From: Syntrophorhabdaceae bacterium
GTDB lineage: Bacteria > Desulfobacterota > Syntrophorhabdia > Syntrophorhabdales > Syntrophorhabdaceae
Direction: 5' to 3'
DNA length: 64,000 bases
NCBI GenBank assembly: GCA_963665295.1
Contig: OY762209.1
Span: forward strand, 4,320,001 to 4,384,000
The notes below the pieces were generated by a model, which saw only the letters and a program-made list of their open reading frames with translations, ran no database searches and was not told where the DNA came from. Below are positions 19,140-28,355 of the stretch, one piece after another (the first letter of the stretch is position 1; each line of letters starts with the position of its first letter). A program made the position numbers and the translations under genes.

Positions 19140-20690
19140 ATGAGCCTAATGGAAGCGTACGTAATAACGTTTACCGCAAGTTTCTGCAGCCTAGTCATAG
19201 AGATGGTCGCCGGCCGTATAATGGCGCCCTTCGTGGGCGTCTCCATTTACACGTGGACCAGTATCATAGGCGTGATACTTGCCGGCATCAGTGTGGGCGC
19301 CTACATCGGCGGCAAATTGGTAGACCGTTTCCCCCAGAGAAAAACCCTCGGGTGGCTCCTTCTTCTTTCAGGCATAACGGCCCTTTCCATCATTCCTCTC
19401 ACCTACATGGTGGCGGCATACCGTTTCCCCCTCTCACTCATGCTGCGCATATTCGTGGTCACCACGATCATCTTCTTTATCCCCGGCTGCGTCCTTGGCA
19501 CCATTTCTCCCGTTGTGGTGAGGCTCACTCTCAAAAACATCGATAATGCAGGCAATGTCATAGGCAAGATATACGCCCTGTCGACCCTCGGAGCCATCAT
19601 AGGCACCTTTGTCACAGGGTTTTTTCTTATCTCATGGATGGGGACACAGAAGATCATCCTCCTCATGGGGGTAATACTTCTCGTCGCCGCGCTTCTCTCG
19701 GGCTCCCTGTTCAAGACGAAAAAGGCGGTGGCCATGTTTGTGATCGTCGCCCTTCCATGCATGTGGGGCGTATACCATTTCCTTTACAAGGTCCCCCTGA
19801 GACAGGGTATTTTTTATTATACCGAAAGCGATTACTTTACCATCAAGCTCTCAAAAACAGTCAGTTCGGACCGGCAGACCCCGCTCCGGGCAATGGTGCT
19901 CGACAACCTGATACATTCCTACGTCTGTCTTGAAAACCCCCTCCACATTGAATATGAGTACGAGAGGATCTATTCGGACGTCCTCAAATGGAGGTTCAGG
20001 AAAGATGAACCTTTTAAAAGTCTCACTATTGGGGGCGGCGGATATACGTTTCCGAGATATATGGAGGTAGTGTACCCCAAATCCCAGATTGACGTGGTGG
20101 AGATAGATCCGGAAGTGACACGCATTGTATACGACCAACTGGGTTTGTCGAAGAACACGAGGATCAGAAGCTACAATACGGACGGCAGATGGTTTGTCAT
20201 GAACACCAAAGACAAGTATGACCTCATCTTTACGGACGCGTATAACGATCTTTCCATACCCTATCACCTGACGACCAGGGAGTTCCTACAACAGTTAAAG
20301 GATGTCCTCAATCCCAACGGCCTGGTCATGTCTAATATTATCGACAATTTCCAGAAAGGGGCCTTCCTCCCTTCCTATATCAGAACCCTCAGGGAAGTCT
20401 TCGGCGATAAGAACGTGTTTCTCCTTTCCGTAAGCCCTGATTTCAAGAACACCCGCATAAGCACCTTCATTGTAATCGCCGGAAACGGCAATATCGACAT
20501 CGCAGACTTCGATAAGCATGTGAAAACATATTCGCAAGGCCGGATTGCCTCCGCCGTGGTGCCCCAGAACCTCATAGATGACTTTCTTAGAACCCGTCAT
20601 TCAATCGTCATAAGGGACGACTACGCCCCCATAGATAACCTTATCGCACCAATCTTCGAGGAAAGATTCGGGTACAACAGGAAGAGTTAA
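19140..20690 (+). CDS. Membrane-fused spermidine-synthase-like SAM methyltransferase-fold protein
   Basis: About 7 N-terminal TM helices; IGGGGYT, VEIDP, DGR, DLIFTDAY, DDYAP. Confidence 0.85.
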   Translation: MSLMEAYVITFTASFCSLVIEMVAGRIMAPFVGVSIYTWTSIIGVILAGISVGAYIGGKLVDRFPQRKTLGWLLLLSGITALSIIPLTYMVAAYRFPLSLMLRIFVVTTIIFFIPGCVLGTISPVVVRLTLKNIDNAGNVIGKIYALSTLGAIIGTFVTGFFLISWMGTQKIILLMGVILLVAALLSGSLFKTKKAVAMFVIVALPCMWGVYHFLYKVPLRQGIFYYTESDYFTIKLSKTVSSDRQTPLRAMVLDNLIHSYVCLENPLHIEYEYERIYSDVLKWRFRKDEPFKSLTIGGGGYTFPRYMEVVYPKSQIDVVEIDPEVTRIVYDQLGLSKNTRIRSYNTDGRWFVMNTKDKYDLIFTDAYNDLSIPYHLTTREFLQQLKDVLNPNGLVMSNIIDNFQKGAFLPSYIRTLREVFGDKNVFLLSVSPDFKNTRISTFIVIAGNGNIDIADFDKHVKTYSQGRIASAVVPQNLIDDFLRTRHSIVIRDDYAPIDNLIAPIFEERFGYNRKS

Positions 20691-20827
20691 CCTGGGCAAG
20701 ACTCCGGAATCGCCGTCCTTTTCGCGGGAATTCCATCACGGGATACGCGCCGGGACAAGAGATATGAGCCGTTTTATATAACAAACTATTGATTTAATCC
20801 GCGCTTTCTTTTATTATAATAACAGGT

Positions 20828-20903
20828 GCGGGCATAACTCAGTTGGTAGAGTGCAAGCTTCCCAAGCTTGATGCCGCGGGTTCGAGCCCCGTTGCCCGCT
20901 CCA
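20828..20903 (+). tRNA. tRNA-Gly(CCC)
   Basis: Cloverleaf: acceptor GCGGGCA/TGCCCGC, anticodon arm CAAGC-TTCCCAA-GCTTG, GGTTCGA T-loop, encoded CCA; TATAAT 7 nt upstream. Confidence 0.96.
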
Positions 20904-20915
20904 TTCAACAAAGCC

Positions 20916-21155
20916 TCACAGATCGTCAAGAGAGCAGCCGGGGTATTTACCCTCAACTATCTCCCTCCCAAACCTGAAGCAATGCCCCATTGCCTCTGTC
21001 TTTGAGGTGAACGCATTACAGGCAAAGAAACTCCTCGTCGACGCGGCACTTTCCGTACCCCGTGAAATGAACACCCTTATCCTCCAGCCCGTCGATCCGT
21101 CGAGCTGGTAAGGAACCGCCTCTATACAATATCCCCTGTAAATAAGCCTCTCCAT
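20916..21155 (-). CDS. Small hypothetical protein (79 aa)
   Basis: Strong SD GAGGAGG; protein-like sequence YRGYCIEAVPYQL...FGREIVEG. Confidence 0.7.
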   Translation of the reverse strand: MERLIYRGYCIEAVPYQLDGSTGWRIRVFISRGTESAASTRSFFACNAFTSKTEAMGHCFRFGREIVEGKYPGCSLDDL

Positions 21156-21386
21156 AACCCCTCCTCACATGCGACCGGGTTCGAGCGTCATCTCGGCGCC
21201 AGACGAAACCCTGCCTCTCTGCTTCCGGTCTACAGGATAGAATGCAACCGCCGCCTTTGCAAAAGACATTTTATCTCTCCACCCAGGTGGCTGCCGCGGT
21301 CGTCACACGCTGCACGGCATGTCAGGCGGATCGGGGGTCTTGAACGCAAGGCTCTCTGAAGGACGAAATCCGCGGCTAAACAGAAG

Positions 21387-21432
21387 CCCGGATACGGCAG
21401 TCGAAGTGTTCACCTTCCCCGCCGTATCCGGG
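21387..21432 (-). terminator. Stem-loop / probable terminator after the Cache gene
   Basis: 12-bp stem CCCGGATACGGC/GCCGTATCCGGG followed by CTTCTGTTT on the minus strand. Confidence 0.55.
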
Positions 21433-21437
21433 TGACT

Positions 21438-21893
21438 TCATTTGTATAAACCACAAGCTACGAATACATCCGTGCCTTCGACCCTTTTGACGTACGTGTC
21501 CTTTGGCTGCACCTTTGCGGTTACCGGGTTGGTCCAGCTATAAGAGACCCAACCACCGCCTTTCTTTGCAATTTCAATCATTTCTTTTGCAAAGGGTTTG
21601 CCGGTTGCATCCTTTGCCTCTTTCCAGTTGTTCCCCGCAAGCTTCGGATTACCTCCATTGGCGAGCATCTTCCCGTCCAGATTCATGGCGTAGACGTAGA
21701 GGTCGCCTTTGACATACTGTCCTTTGGGATTGTTGAATTCAGCCAACGCCTTCTCCATTCCCCCCGTCTTGACATATACCGCCGCCTTCTCCGCCAGGGC
21801 TTTAGCTTCTTCAGCCGTGGCCCCGTAGGCTACCGACAGTGTACACAAGAAAGCTATTATTGCAAAACCGAAAAGAATCTTTTTCATCTCCAA
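21438..21893 (-). CDS. Stand-alone secreted single Cache (sCache_2-like) domain protein
   Basis: Signal peptide; F..PKG.Y..GDLYVY, KDATGK, GGWVSYSW.NP, K.TYV. Confidence 0.85.
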   Translation of the reverse strand: MEMKKILFGFAIIAFLCTLSVAYGATAEEAKALAEKAAVYVKTGGMEKALAEFNNPKGQYVKGDLYVYAMNLDGKMLANGGNPKLAGNNWKEAKDATGKPFAKEMIEIAKKGGGWVSYSWTNPVTAKVQPKDTYVKRVEGTDVFVACGLYK

Positions 21894-21940
21894 TCTCCTT
21901 AAACACCCATTCGGACCGCTCTTGTCCCACTCGCCGCAAC

Positions 21941-23089
21941 TCAGGATGTCTGCAAAAGCGCCTTTCCGATGAGGGTCTTCTCCACTTCTTTTGTGCCTTC
22001 GAAAATCTCAAGTACCTTGGCGTCTCTCCAATAATGCGCAACATCATACTCTTCCAGGATGCCGTATCCTCCGTGAAGCTGGATCGCTTCGTCGGCTACC
22101 TTGACCGCAAGCTCACAAGTATACCACTTGGCCATGGCGATAAGCGTATGGTCCACCTCACCGTTGTCCACCTTCATCGCCGCGCGGTAGAGAAGACTCC
22201 TGCCTGCCTCGACAAGGGTCGCCATCTCCGCGATCTTTGCCTGAACGATCTGAAGCCTTGCGAGAGGTCCCCCAAAGGCTTTTCTCTTTTTCACGTGATC
22301 TATGGCCTTGTCGAGTGCGCCCTGGGCTGTGCCTATGGCCAGCCCTCCGCCCCCTTCGAGGCGGGCCCTGTTGAAGAATTCCATAAGCTGATAGAAGCCC
22401 TTTCCTTCCACGCCCACGAGGTTCGACTGGGGGACCCTCACGTCTTTGAACGTGCACTCCCCTGTGTCGGAACAGCGTATGGAGAGCTTCCCGTGGAGTT
22501 TGGTGGCTTCGTACCCGGGCCTGTTCGTTTCCACTATGATGGTGCTTAGCCTGTTATGCTTCTTCGGGTTGGTGGGGTCGGTAACACAGAGCACCAGGAG
22601 GTAGTCGGCAATATTGGCGTTGGTGATGAACATCTTGTTGCCGGAGATTATGTAGTCGTTCCCGTCTTTCACCGCAGTGGTCGTGATCGCCGCCACGTCG
22701 CTTCCCGCGTCGGGCTCGGTGGACGCCATGCCGCATCTCATCTCTCCCCTGACTATGGGGGGAAGGAATTTGTGCTTCTGCTCCTCCGTGCCGAAGAGCT
22801 TGATGAGTTGAGTTCCGAAATAACATGCCACCATGCACTGGGCAAGGCCCGTGTCCACGCGGGCAAACTCCTCTATAATGAGACATTGATCGAGATGTCC
22901 CAGTCCGGCTCCGCCGTATTCCTCTTCTATGAATACGCCGAGAAAGCCCAGTTCCGCGGCCTTCTTCCAGAGTCTGTCGTCGAACTGCTCCTTCGCGTCC
23001 AGTTCCCTCGCGATATCCTTGAATTCCTTTTCCGCAAATTCCCGCGCCGCCTGTTTGATGTCTCTTTGTTCCGCCGTAAGTTCAACCAT
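21941..23089 (-). CDS. Acyl-CoA dehydrogenase
   Basis: TEPDAGSD, GNKMFITN, QLHGGYG, IFEGTKE (catalytic Glu). Confidence 0.95.
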   Translation of the reverse strand: MVELTAEQRDIKQAAREFAEKEFKDIARELDAKEQFDDRLWKKAAELGFLGVFIEEEYGGAGLGHLDQCLIIEEFARVDTGLAQCMVACYFGTQLIKLFGTEEQKHKFLPPIVRGEMRCGMASTEPDAGSDVAAITTTAVKDGNDYIISGNKMFITNANIADYLLVLCVTDPTNPKKHNRLSTIIVETNRPGYEATKLHGKLSIRCSDTGECTFKDVRVPQSNLVGVEGKGFYQLMEFFNRARLEGGGGLAIGTAQGALDKAIDHVKKRKAFGGPLARLQIVQAKIAEMATLVEAGRSLLYRAAMKVDNGEVDHTLIAMAKWYTCELAVKVADEAIQLHGGYGILEEYDVAHYWRDAKVLEIFEGTKEVEKTLIGKALLQTS

Positions 23090-23354
23090 CTATAAATCCT
23101 CCTTTATCAGATAACCTTGCCGCCGCGTTACTTTCCGCATCCGGTTCGGTAATGCCATATACAATGGTAGCCAACCCGTTTATAGGTGGCGGCACGTTCT
23201 CCTTCTGCGCTTTGATTTATGAGGGGACCGGCCGCGTTTGTATCCAAGATTGATTCTCCTGTTAGTAGTGTCAAATCACCTTCTCCCACAACGATCCTAC
23301 CTCGTTTGCTCCGAAATTGCAGTCAGGTCGCAGGTCTCACCTTCCTGAGATTTT

Positions 23355-23413
23355 GGAGCCGGGTCTCCCTGCGTTGGCGGGGGAGTCGTCCACCGAGGGG
23401 GAGACCCGGCTCC
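23355..23413. repeat. Long GC-rich inverted repeat between the channel and dehydrogenase genes
   Basis: Perfect 15-bp stem GGAGCCGGGTCTCCC/GGGAGACCCGGCTCC with no U-tract. Confidence 0.7.
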
Positions 23414-23437
23414 TGGTAAGGGGGGTTTATGCGTATA

Positions 23438-24103
23438 TCAACGACCGGACGGTGGCGCTTTCACGGGCATCAATGGCTTTCCGACCCACAGGTGGATGTG
23501 TACAAGTTCACCGAGGGCATGGGCCAACATATACAGGCCCCAGGTCATGGCCATGAAACATGTCCAGGCGGCGAGGGGTTTAAACTCGTGGTAACCGATC
23601 TCCGCAAGGCCGATGCTGAATAGGATGATAAAGCCCAACGGCGATATGAAGAACACAAACAGGGGAGCCCTGAGAAACGCCAGTCCCCATAGCCCCATAA
23701 ACATTCCCAGCATCATATTCAGGTAACCGAGAATAGGTACCGGTGATCCCAGCTTCAGGCTCACCATGAGGAATGAGAAGCCCGGCGCGAGCATAAAGAG
23801 ACAACCCATGGCCGCGAGCAGGTTCCCTCTTACCCCTACTCCTCTCCTCAGCTCAATTATCCCCGAGACAAGCTGCGCGATGCCGCCGGCCAGACAGATA
23901 GGAAAGATCATGGGTGCATTCTCTTTAGGGAGCATACCCCAGAACTGAAGCCACAATATGAGGGTTATCATCGCAAAAGCAGCAAATCCCAATGGCGCCG
24001 CGCTCGCCCATAGCGGTTCCGGTGGTGCGGGTGTCGGTGGCTGGTATATCGGATACCCAACATTGAACGGGCTGGTGCCCGGTTGTTCTGTAGGTGCGCT
24101 CAT
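23438..24103 (-). CDS. GPR1/FUN34/YaaH (SatP/AceTr-like) carboxylate channel, divergent
   Basis: Six TM helices; ASAAPLGFAAF resembles the NPAPLGL motif; GGIAQL..GI.E. Confidence 0.75.
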   Translation of the reverse strand: MSAPTEQPGTSPFNVGYPIYQPPTPAPPEPLWASAAPLGFAAFAMITLILWLQFWGMLPKENAPMIFPICLAGGIAQLVSGIIELRRGVGVRGNLLAAMGCLFMLAPGFSFLMVSLKLGSPVPILGYLNMMLGMFMGLWGLAFLRAPLFVFFISPLGFIILFSIGLAEIGYHEFKPLAAWTCFMAMTWGLYMLAHALGELVHIHLWVGKPLMPVKAPPSGR

Positions 24104-24158
24104 GTGTCCTCCTTAATTATTTTTGAACTCTCCAGATCCTTTCCAATTCCCTGTGCTC

Positions 24159-25730
24159 TCACCTCCCATACTGTTCCCGCAACTCCCTTTTCAGTATCTT
24201 TCCTGCCGCGTTACGGGGCAGCGCCACGACGATATGCACCGTCTTCGGCACTTTGTATCCTGCCACCTTTCCCTTGCAATAGTTCGTCAACTCCGCCGGT
24301 TGAATGGCTTCACCCTCTCTAAGGACGCAAACGGCGGTCACTGCCTCGCCCCAGACGGGATGGGGCGTGCCTATGACACACGATTCCTTCACGGAAGGGT
24401 GAGTGTGGAGGACCTTTTCCACTTCTGCGGGATACACATTTTCCCCACCCGTAATAATCATATCTTTAAGCCGGTCGATAACCCGGATGTACCCTCTTTC
24501 GTCGATAGAGCACACGTCTTCGGTATGGAACCATTCGCCTTTGAATGCCTTGGCGGTCTCTTTTTCCTTTCTCCAGTAGCCCAGCCCCATGCCGGGGCCC
24601 CTGATGATCATTTCACCCGTGCCTCCGGGAGGGACAACATTGCCTTTTTCATCGACAACGAGTATTTCCATGTCGTAACTTGCCCTGCCGCAAGACTCGA
24701 GGATATTATAGTCACCTCTCAGGAAAGCTTCTTTGATGTCTCTCGCAGACAGATTGGTGGTGACTCCGGTCGATTCGGTCGTACCGTGATGTTCTCCCAG
24801 TATATTGCCGAAAAGATCAATAAACTGTTTGTAGACCGAGGGGATAATCCCCGCCCCCGCGAACCAGAGAGTTCTCCAACTGGAGACGTTGTATTTTGCC
24901 CGATCAGGGGAATCAAGAATCATCATTACCATGGGGGTTGCAAACATGCCCGCAGTCAACTCCTCCTGTTCAGTGGCAGACAGGAACAGAGGCACATCCC
25001 ACCTTGAAAATATGTAGGCCGGGCATGCGGTATAGAAACTGCCGAAAAAGGTATAGTGGGCGGTAATATGGTACATGGGGCAGACAATGAAGACACGGTC
25101 GTCCATAGTGAGGTTATTGTTCTTGGAGCAGACCCGGCCCGCATGATAGTAATTCGCATGGGTCTGCATAACCCCCTTCGGGAGCCCCGTGGTGCCGCTG
25201 GTGTACATGAGCATTGCAATATCGTCTTCGAAAATCTCGACCGTCTGTTCTTGAGGCGACGCACTCGCTATAAGCTCCTCATAGTCATACCATCCCTGGG
25301 GCCTCTTTTCAGGCGCGCCGAAGTAAATGAAGGTCTTTATCGACGGGAGGGATGACTTTATGCTTTCTACGATCTCCACAAACTGCTGCTGTACGAAGAG
25401 AATTGTGGGTTCCGCATCGGAGAGCACGGCGGCTATTTCCGGTGGAGCCAGCCTGAAATTACAGACCACGAAGATCAGACCCGCATTGGGAACGTTAATG
25501 GCCGACTCCATGTACTCAAAGCTGTTCTGACTGAGTATGGCAACCCGGTCTCCTTTCTTCGCCCCCAAGCCATGCAAAGCGTTTCCCATCCTGTTCGCCC
25601 TGTCTTTCATCGTCTGATACGTAAAAACCCTGTCTCCCTCCACCTCCTTCATCGCGGTTCGTTCAGGGTAAAGCATTGCGTTGCGGTTGAGTAACGTCCT
25701 GATAGTAGAGAATGTTTTTGCTTCCGTCAT
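24159..25730 (-). CDS. AMP-forming acyl-CoA ligase (adenylate-forming superfamily)
   Basis: P-loop YTSGTTGLPKG, DRLKDMIITGGENVYP, WGEAV, RNAAGKILKR. Confidence 0.93.
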   Translation of the reverse strand: MTEAKTFSTIRTLLNRNAMLYPERTAMKEVEGDRVFTYQTMKDRANRMGNALHGLGAKKGDRVAILSQNSFEYMESAINVPNAGLIFVVCNFRLAPPEIAAVLSDAEPTILFVQQQFVEIVESIKSSLPSIKTFIYFGAPEKRPQGWYDYEELIASASPQEQTVEIFEDDIAMLMYTSGTTGLPKGVMQTHANYYHAGRVCSKNNNLTMDDRVFIVCPMYHITAHYTFFGSFYTACPAYIFSRWDVPLFLSATEQEELTAGMFATPMVMMILDSPDRAKYNVSSWRTLWFAGAGIIPSVYKQFIDLFGNILGEHHGTTESTGVTTNLSARDIKEAFLRGDYNILESCGRASYDMEILVVDEKGNVVPPGGTGEMIIRGPGMGLGYWRKEKETAKAFKGEWFHTEDVCSIDERGYIRVIDRLKDMIITGGENVYPAEVEKVLHTHPSVKESCVIGTPHPVWGEAVTAVCVLREGEAIQPAELTNYCKGKVAGYKVPKTVHIVVALPRNAAGKILKRELREQYGR

Positions 25731-25778
25731 TCTTCTCCTCCTGCTTGGTCGGTATTTGCGCTATTTTGCTCTTTCCAA

Positions 25779-25793
25779 GCAATAACAGTGCCG
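25779..25793 (-). promoter_or_regulatory. Sigma-54 (-24/-12) promoter of the ligase operon
   Basis: Minus strand CGGCAC-TGTTA-TTGC, about 50 nt upstream of the ligase ATG. Confidence 0.8.
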
Positions 25794-25858
25794 TTGTCAC
25801 ATTTCCCTTTTCCTTGTGACTTTTAGCAATTTAAACACTTTTTCTTGGGCGTGAGACC

Positions 25859-25918
25859 TGTATATACTGTATACAAGCTGTATGGGAATTAGTCATGAAC
25901 CTGTATTAAAAGTATCCA
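25859..25918. promoter_or_regulatory. Putative enhancer (UAS) pair for the adjacent sigma-54 activator
   Basis: Palindrome TGTATA-N5-TATACA (25859-25875) and degenerate copy TGTATT-N5-TATCCA (25902-25918), 43 bp apart. Confidence 0.6.
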
Positions 25919-26009
25919 CAGAAAATTTCCGGGTGATTGAAGGTCTATCGTTTCCCGGCAAGAATTATCCTTTGAAATAGTATATAATGATTTCATCACC
26001 ATCCTTTGC

Positions 26010-28355
26010 GTGAGGCGGGTCAGGGTGAACACCGGAAAAAAGACAACAAACTGCCGGTCGGAAGAGACGAAGGAGGGCGGATTGCGTCATAGTGGCGGAT
26101 CAGCATATCGGCTCCTTTTTGAAAGCATCGACGACATCGTTTTCCTCATCAGGGGGGAAGCGTTCGTCGACTGCAACACCCGGGCCCTCAAGGTTTTCAA
26201 GTGCGCCATGGAGGACGTGGTGGGCCGGTCCCTCAAGGAGTTGTCACCTCTGCTGCAACCTGATGGAACTACTTCCGAAGAGGCACTTTCGGAAAAGATC
26301 GCCCTCGCCTCGTCCGGAGAACCTTGTGAATTCAAGTGGCGTTGCCTCAGATATGATCACACCGCTTTCGATGCCCGCGTGAGGCTTCACCCCATCACGT
26401 TGGGAGGTAGGAAGCTTCTTCAAGCGGTAATTCACGATATCACCGAAGGCGCCCACGCCGAAGAGGCGCTACGGGAATCGGAGAACAAGTTCAGAGATTT
26501 GTCCGAAAAATCGGTGGTCGGAGTATATCTCATACAGGATTGGGTTTTTAAATACGGAAACCCCAAGCTTGCGGAGATATTCGGTTACCCCCTGCCGGAC
26601 CTCGCAACCAGGATCGGACCGGTAGACGTGGTCTCTCCGGCGGATTGGCCCATGGTGCGGGAACATATACGACAACGGATATCGGGCGAAGCCAGCTCCA
26701 TCCATTCGGAGTTCAGGTTGGTTACCCGCGATGGGCAGATTAAGAATGTCGAAGTCTATGGCTCCCGGACCACCTATAAAGGAAGACCGGCGGTTATCGG
26801 GACACTACTCGACATGACGGAGCGAAAAAAGGCCGAAGAGCGTCTCAAGGAGGCGGAGCAAAAATACCGGAGCATATTTGAAAATGCCGTGGAGGGCATC
26901 TTTCAGACCACCCCTGACGGGCAGATGATCTCGGCGAATCCGGCCCATGCGAAGATGCTAGGGTTTGACTCGCCTGAAGAACTTATTGTCACTCTCACCG
27001 ATATCACCCATCAAACCTATGTTCAGGCGGAGCGTCGTCAGGAGTTCATGGGCATATTGGAAAGGGACGGCGTCGCCATGGGATTCGAGTGCGAGCTTTA
27101 CAAGAAAGATGGCAGCAGGATATGGTCATCCCTGAACGCCCGCCGCGTGTGTGATGAGGCGGGCAAGACACTCTTCTACGAAGGCACCATCGAGGACGTT
27201 ACAGAGAAGAAGAAGGTGGAGAACGACCTCCGTCTCTTGAACGAATTCAACACGGCCATTATAGACCATGCCCCGGTGGCGATCTTCACCCTCGACAAGA
27301 ATGGGGTATTTACCAGTATAAACCCCGCCCTCGCAAACCTTTCAGGTCTGGGGTCACGGGCAGGAGAAAAATTGATCGGCTTCAACTGGCTCAAGAACCC
27401 CTATACCATACAGTGTGGTCTCGCCACCCATATTGAAGCAGGCCTGAAAGGCAAACCCTTTCAACTCTGGGACTTCCCTTTCATGACGTACAAGGGCGAC
27501 CGGAATATCTTTATGGACTTCAAGGGCGTTCCCCTGAAGGGGAAAAATGGGGAAATCGAGGGACTCCTCTGTATCATAGAGGAGACGACCGACCGGGTGA
27601 GAATCCGCGCAAAACTGATGCAAGAGGCCAAGATGTCGGCCATAGGGCGGCTCGCCGGCGGCGTCGCCCACGAACTGAACAACCCACTCGGCACCCTTGT
27701 CGCGTACTCGGAGCGCGCATACGGTTGGCTTGACCTCTTCGAGGGGCGCGCGCCTAAACCCACGGAGATCGAGAAGCTCAGAGGCTATCTCACCATAATC
27801 CAGGAGGAGGCGTTTCGCTGCAAAGGCGTCACCACCGACATCCTCAGTCTTTTTCAGAAGGAGGGCCTGGAGATCGTTGAACTCAATCTCAACGAGTTGA
27901 TCGGCAACCTTCTGGAGCATATGAATATCGACAAGTCCCATATGAGGATCGTGAAGGAAGAGTCTTCCTCTTTACCCTGGGTCTTAGGAGACGTGAGCGC
28001 CCTCCGGCAGGTCTTCGTAAATCTTATAGGCAACGCTGTTGACGCCGCCGAAGGGAGGGCGAACGCCACTATCTGGATCAGGGCCGCTGCCTTCGATGAT
28101 CACGTGGTGGTCGAGATAGAGGATAACGGGACGGGTATCCCTGATTCCATTGTGGACAAGATTTTCGAACCCTTTTTCACGACGAAAGAATCAAAGAGCG
28201 GGATTGGATTGGGGTTGACTTTATGTTACGATCTCGTAAACGATATGGGAGGAACCATCAAGGTAGTGAGCAAGCCCGGGCACGGAACCGTTTTTTCGGT
28301 CGCTCTTCCCACTCGGAGAGGACTAAAACTGAACGGGAGGTCCGGCAATAGATGA
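26010..28355 (+). CDS. Cytoplasmic multi-PAS sensor histidine kinase (NtrB-like); start uncertain
   Basis: About 4 PAS repeats ending in D(I/M/V)TE-type linkers; GVAHELNNPL, PFFTTK, GLGL; no TM helices. Confidence 0.9.
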   Translation: MRRVRVNTGKKTTNCRSEETKEGGLRHSGGSAYRLLFESIDDIVFLIRGEAFVDCNTRALKVFKCAMEDVVGRSLKELSPLLQPDGTTSEEALSEKIALASSGEPCEFKWRCLRYDHTAFDARVRLHPITLGGRKLLQAVIHDITEGAHAEEALRESENKFRDLSEKSVVGVYLIQDWVFKYGNPKLAEIFGYPLPDLATRIGPVDVVSPADWPMVREHIRQRISGEASSIHSEFRLVTRDGQIKNVEVYGSRTTYKGRPAVIGTLLDMTERKKAEERLKEAEQKYRSIFENAVEGIFQTTPDGQMISANPAHAKMLGFDSPEELIVTLTDITHQTYVQAERRQEFMGILERDGVAMGFECELYKKDGSRIWSSLNARRVCDEAGKTLFYEGTIEDVTEKKKVENDLRLLNEFNTAIIDHAPVAIFTLDKNGVFTSINPALANLSGLGSRAGEKLIGFNWLKNPYTIQCGLATHIEAGLKGKPFQLWDFPFMTYKGDRNIFMDFKGVPLKGKNGEIEGLLCIIEETTDRVRIRAKLMQEAKMSAIGRLAGGVAHELNNPLGTLVAYSERAYGWLDLFEGRAPKPTEIEKLRGYLTIIQEEAFRCKGVTTDILSLFQKEGLEIVELNLNELIGNLLEHMNIDKSHMRIVKEESSSLPWVLGDVSALRQVFVNLIGNAVDAAEGRANATIWIRAAAFDDHVVVEIEDNGTGIPDSIVDKIFEPFFTTKESKSGIGLGLTLCYDLVNDMGGTIKVVSKPGHGTVFSVALPTRRGLKLNGRSGNR

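Noticed and set aside
21176..21186. 11-bp match (CGGGTTCGAGC) to the tRNA-Gly T-arm as a possible att site
   Set aside because: Too short, does not extend to the tRNA 3' end, and no integrase is present; chance is plausible
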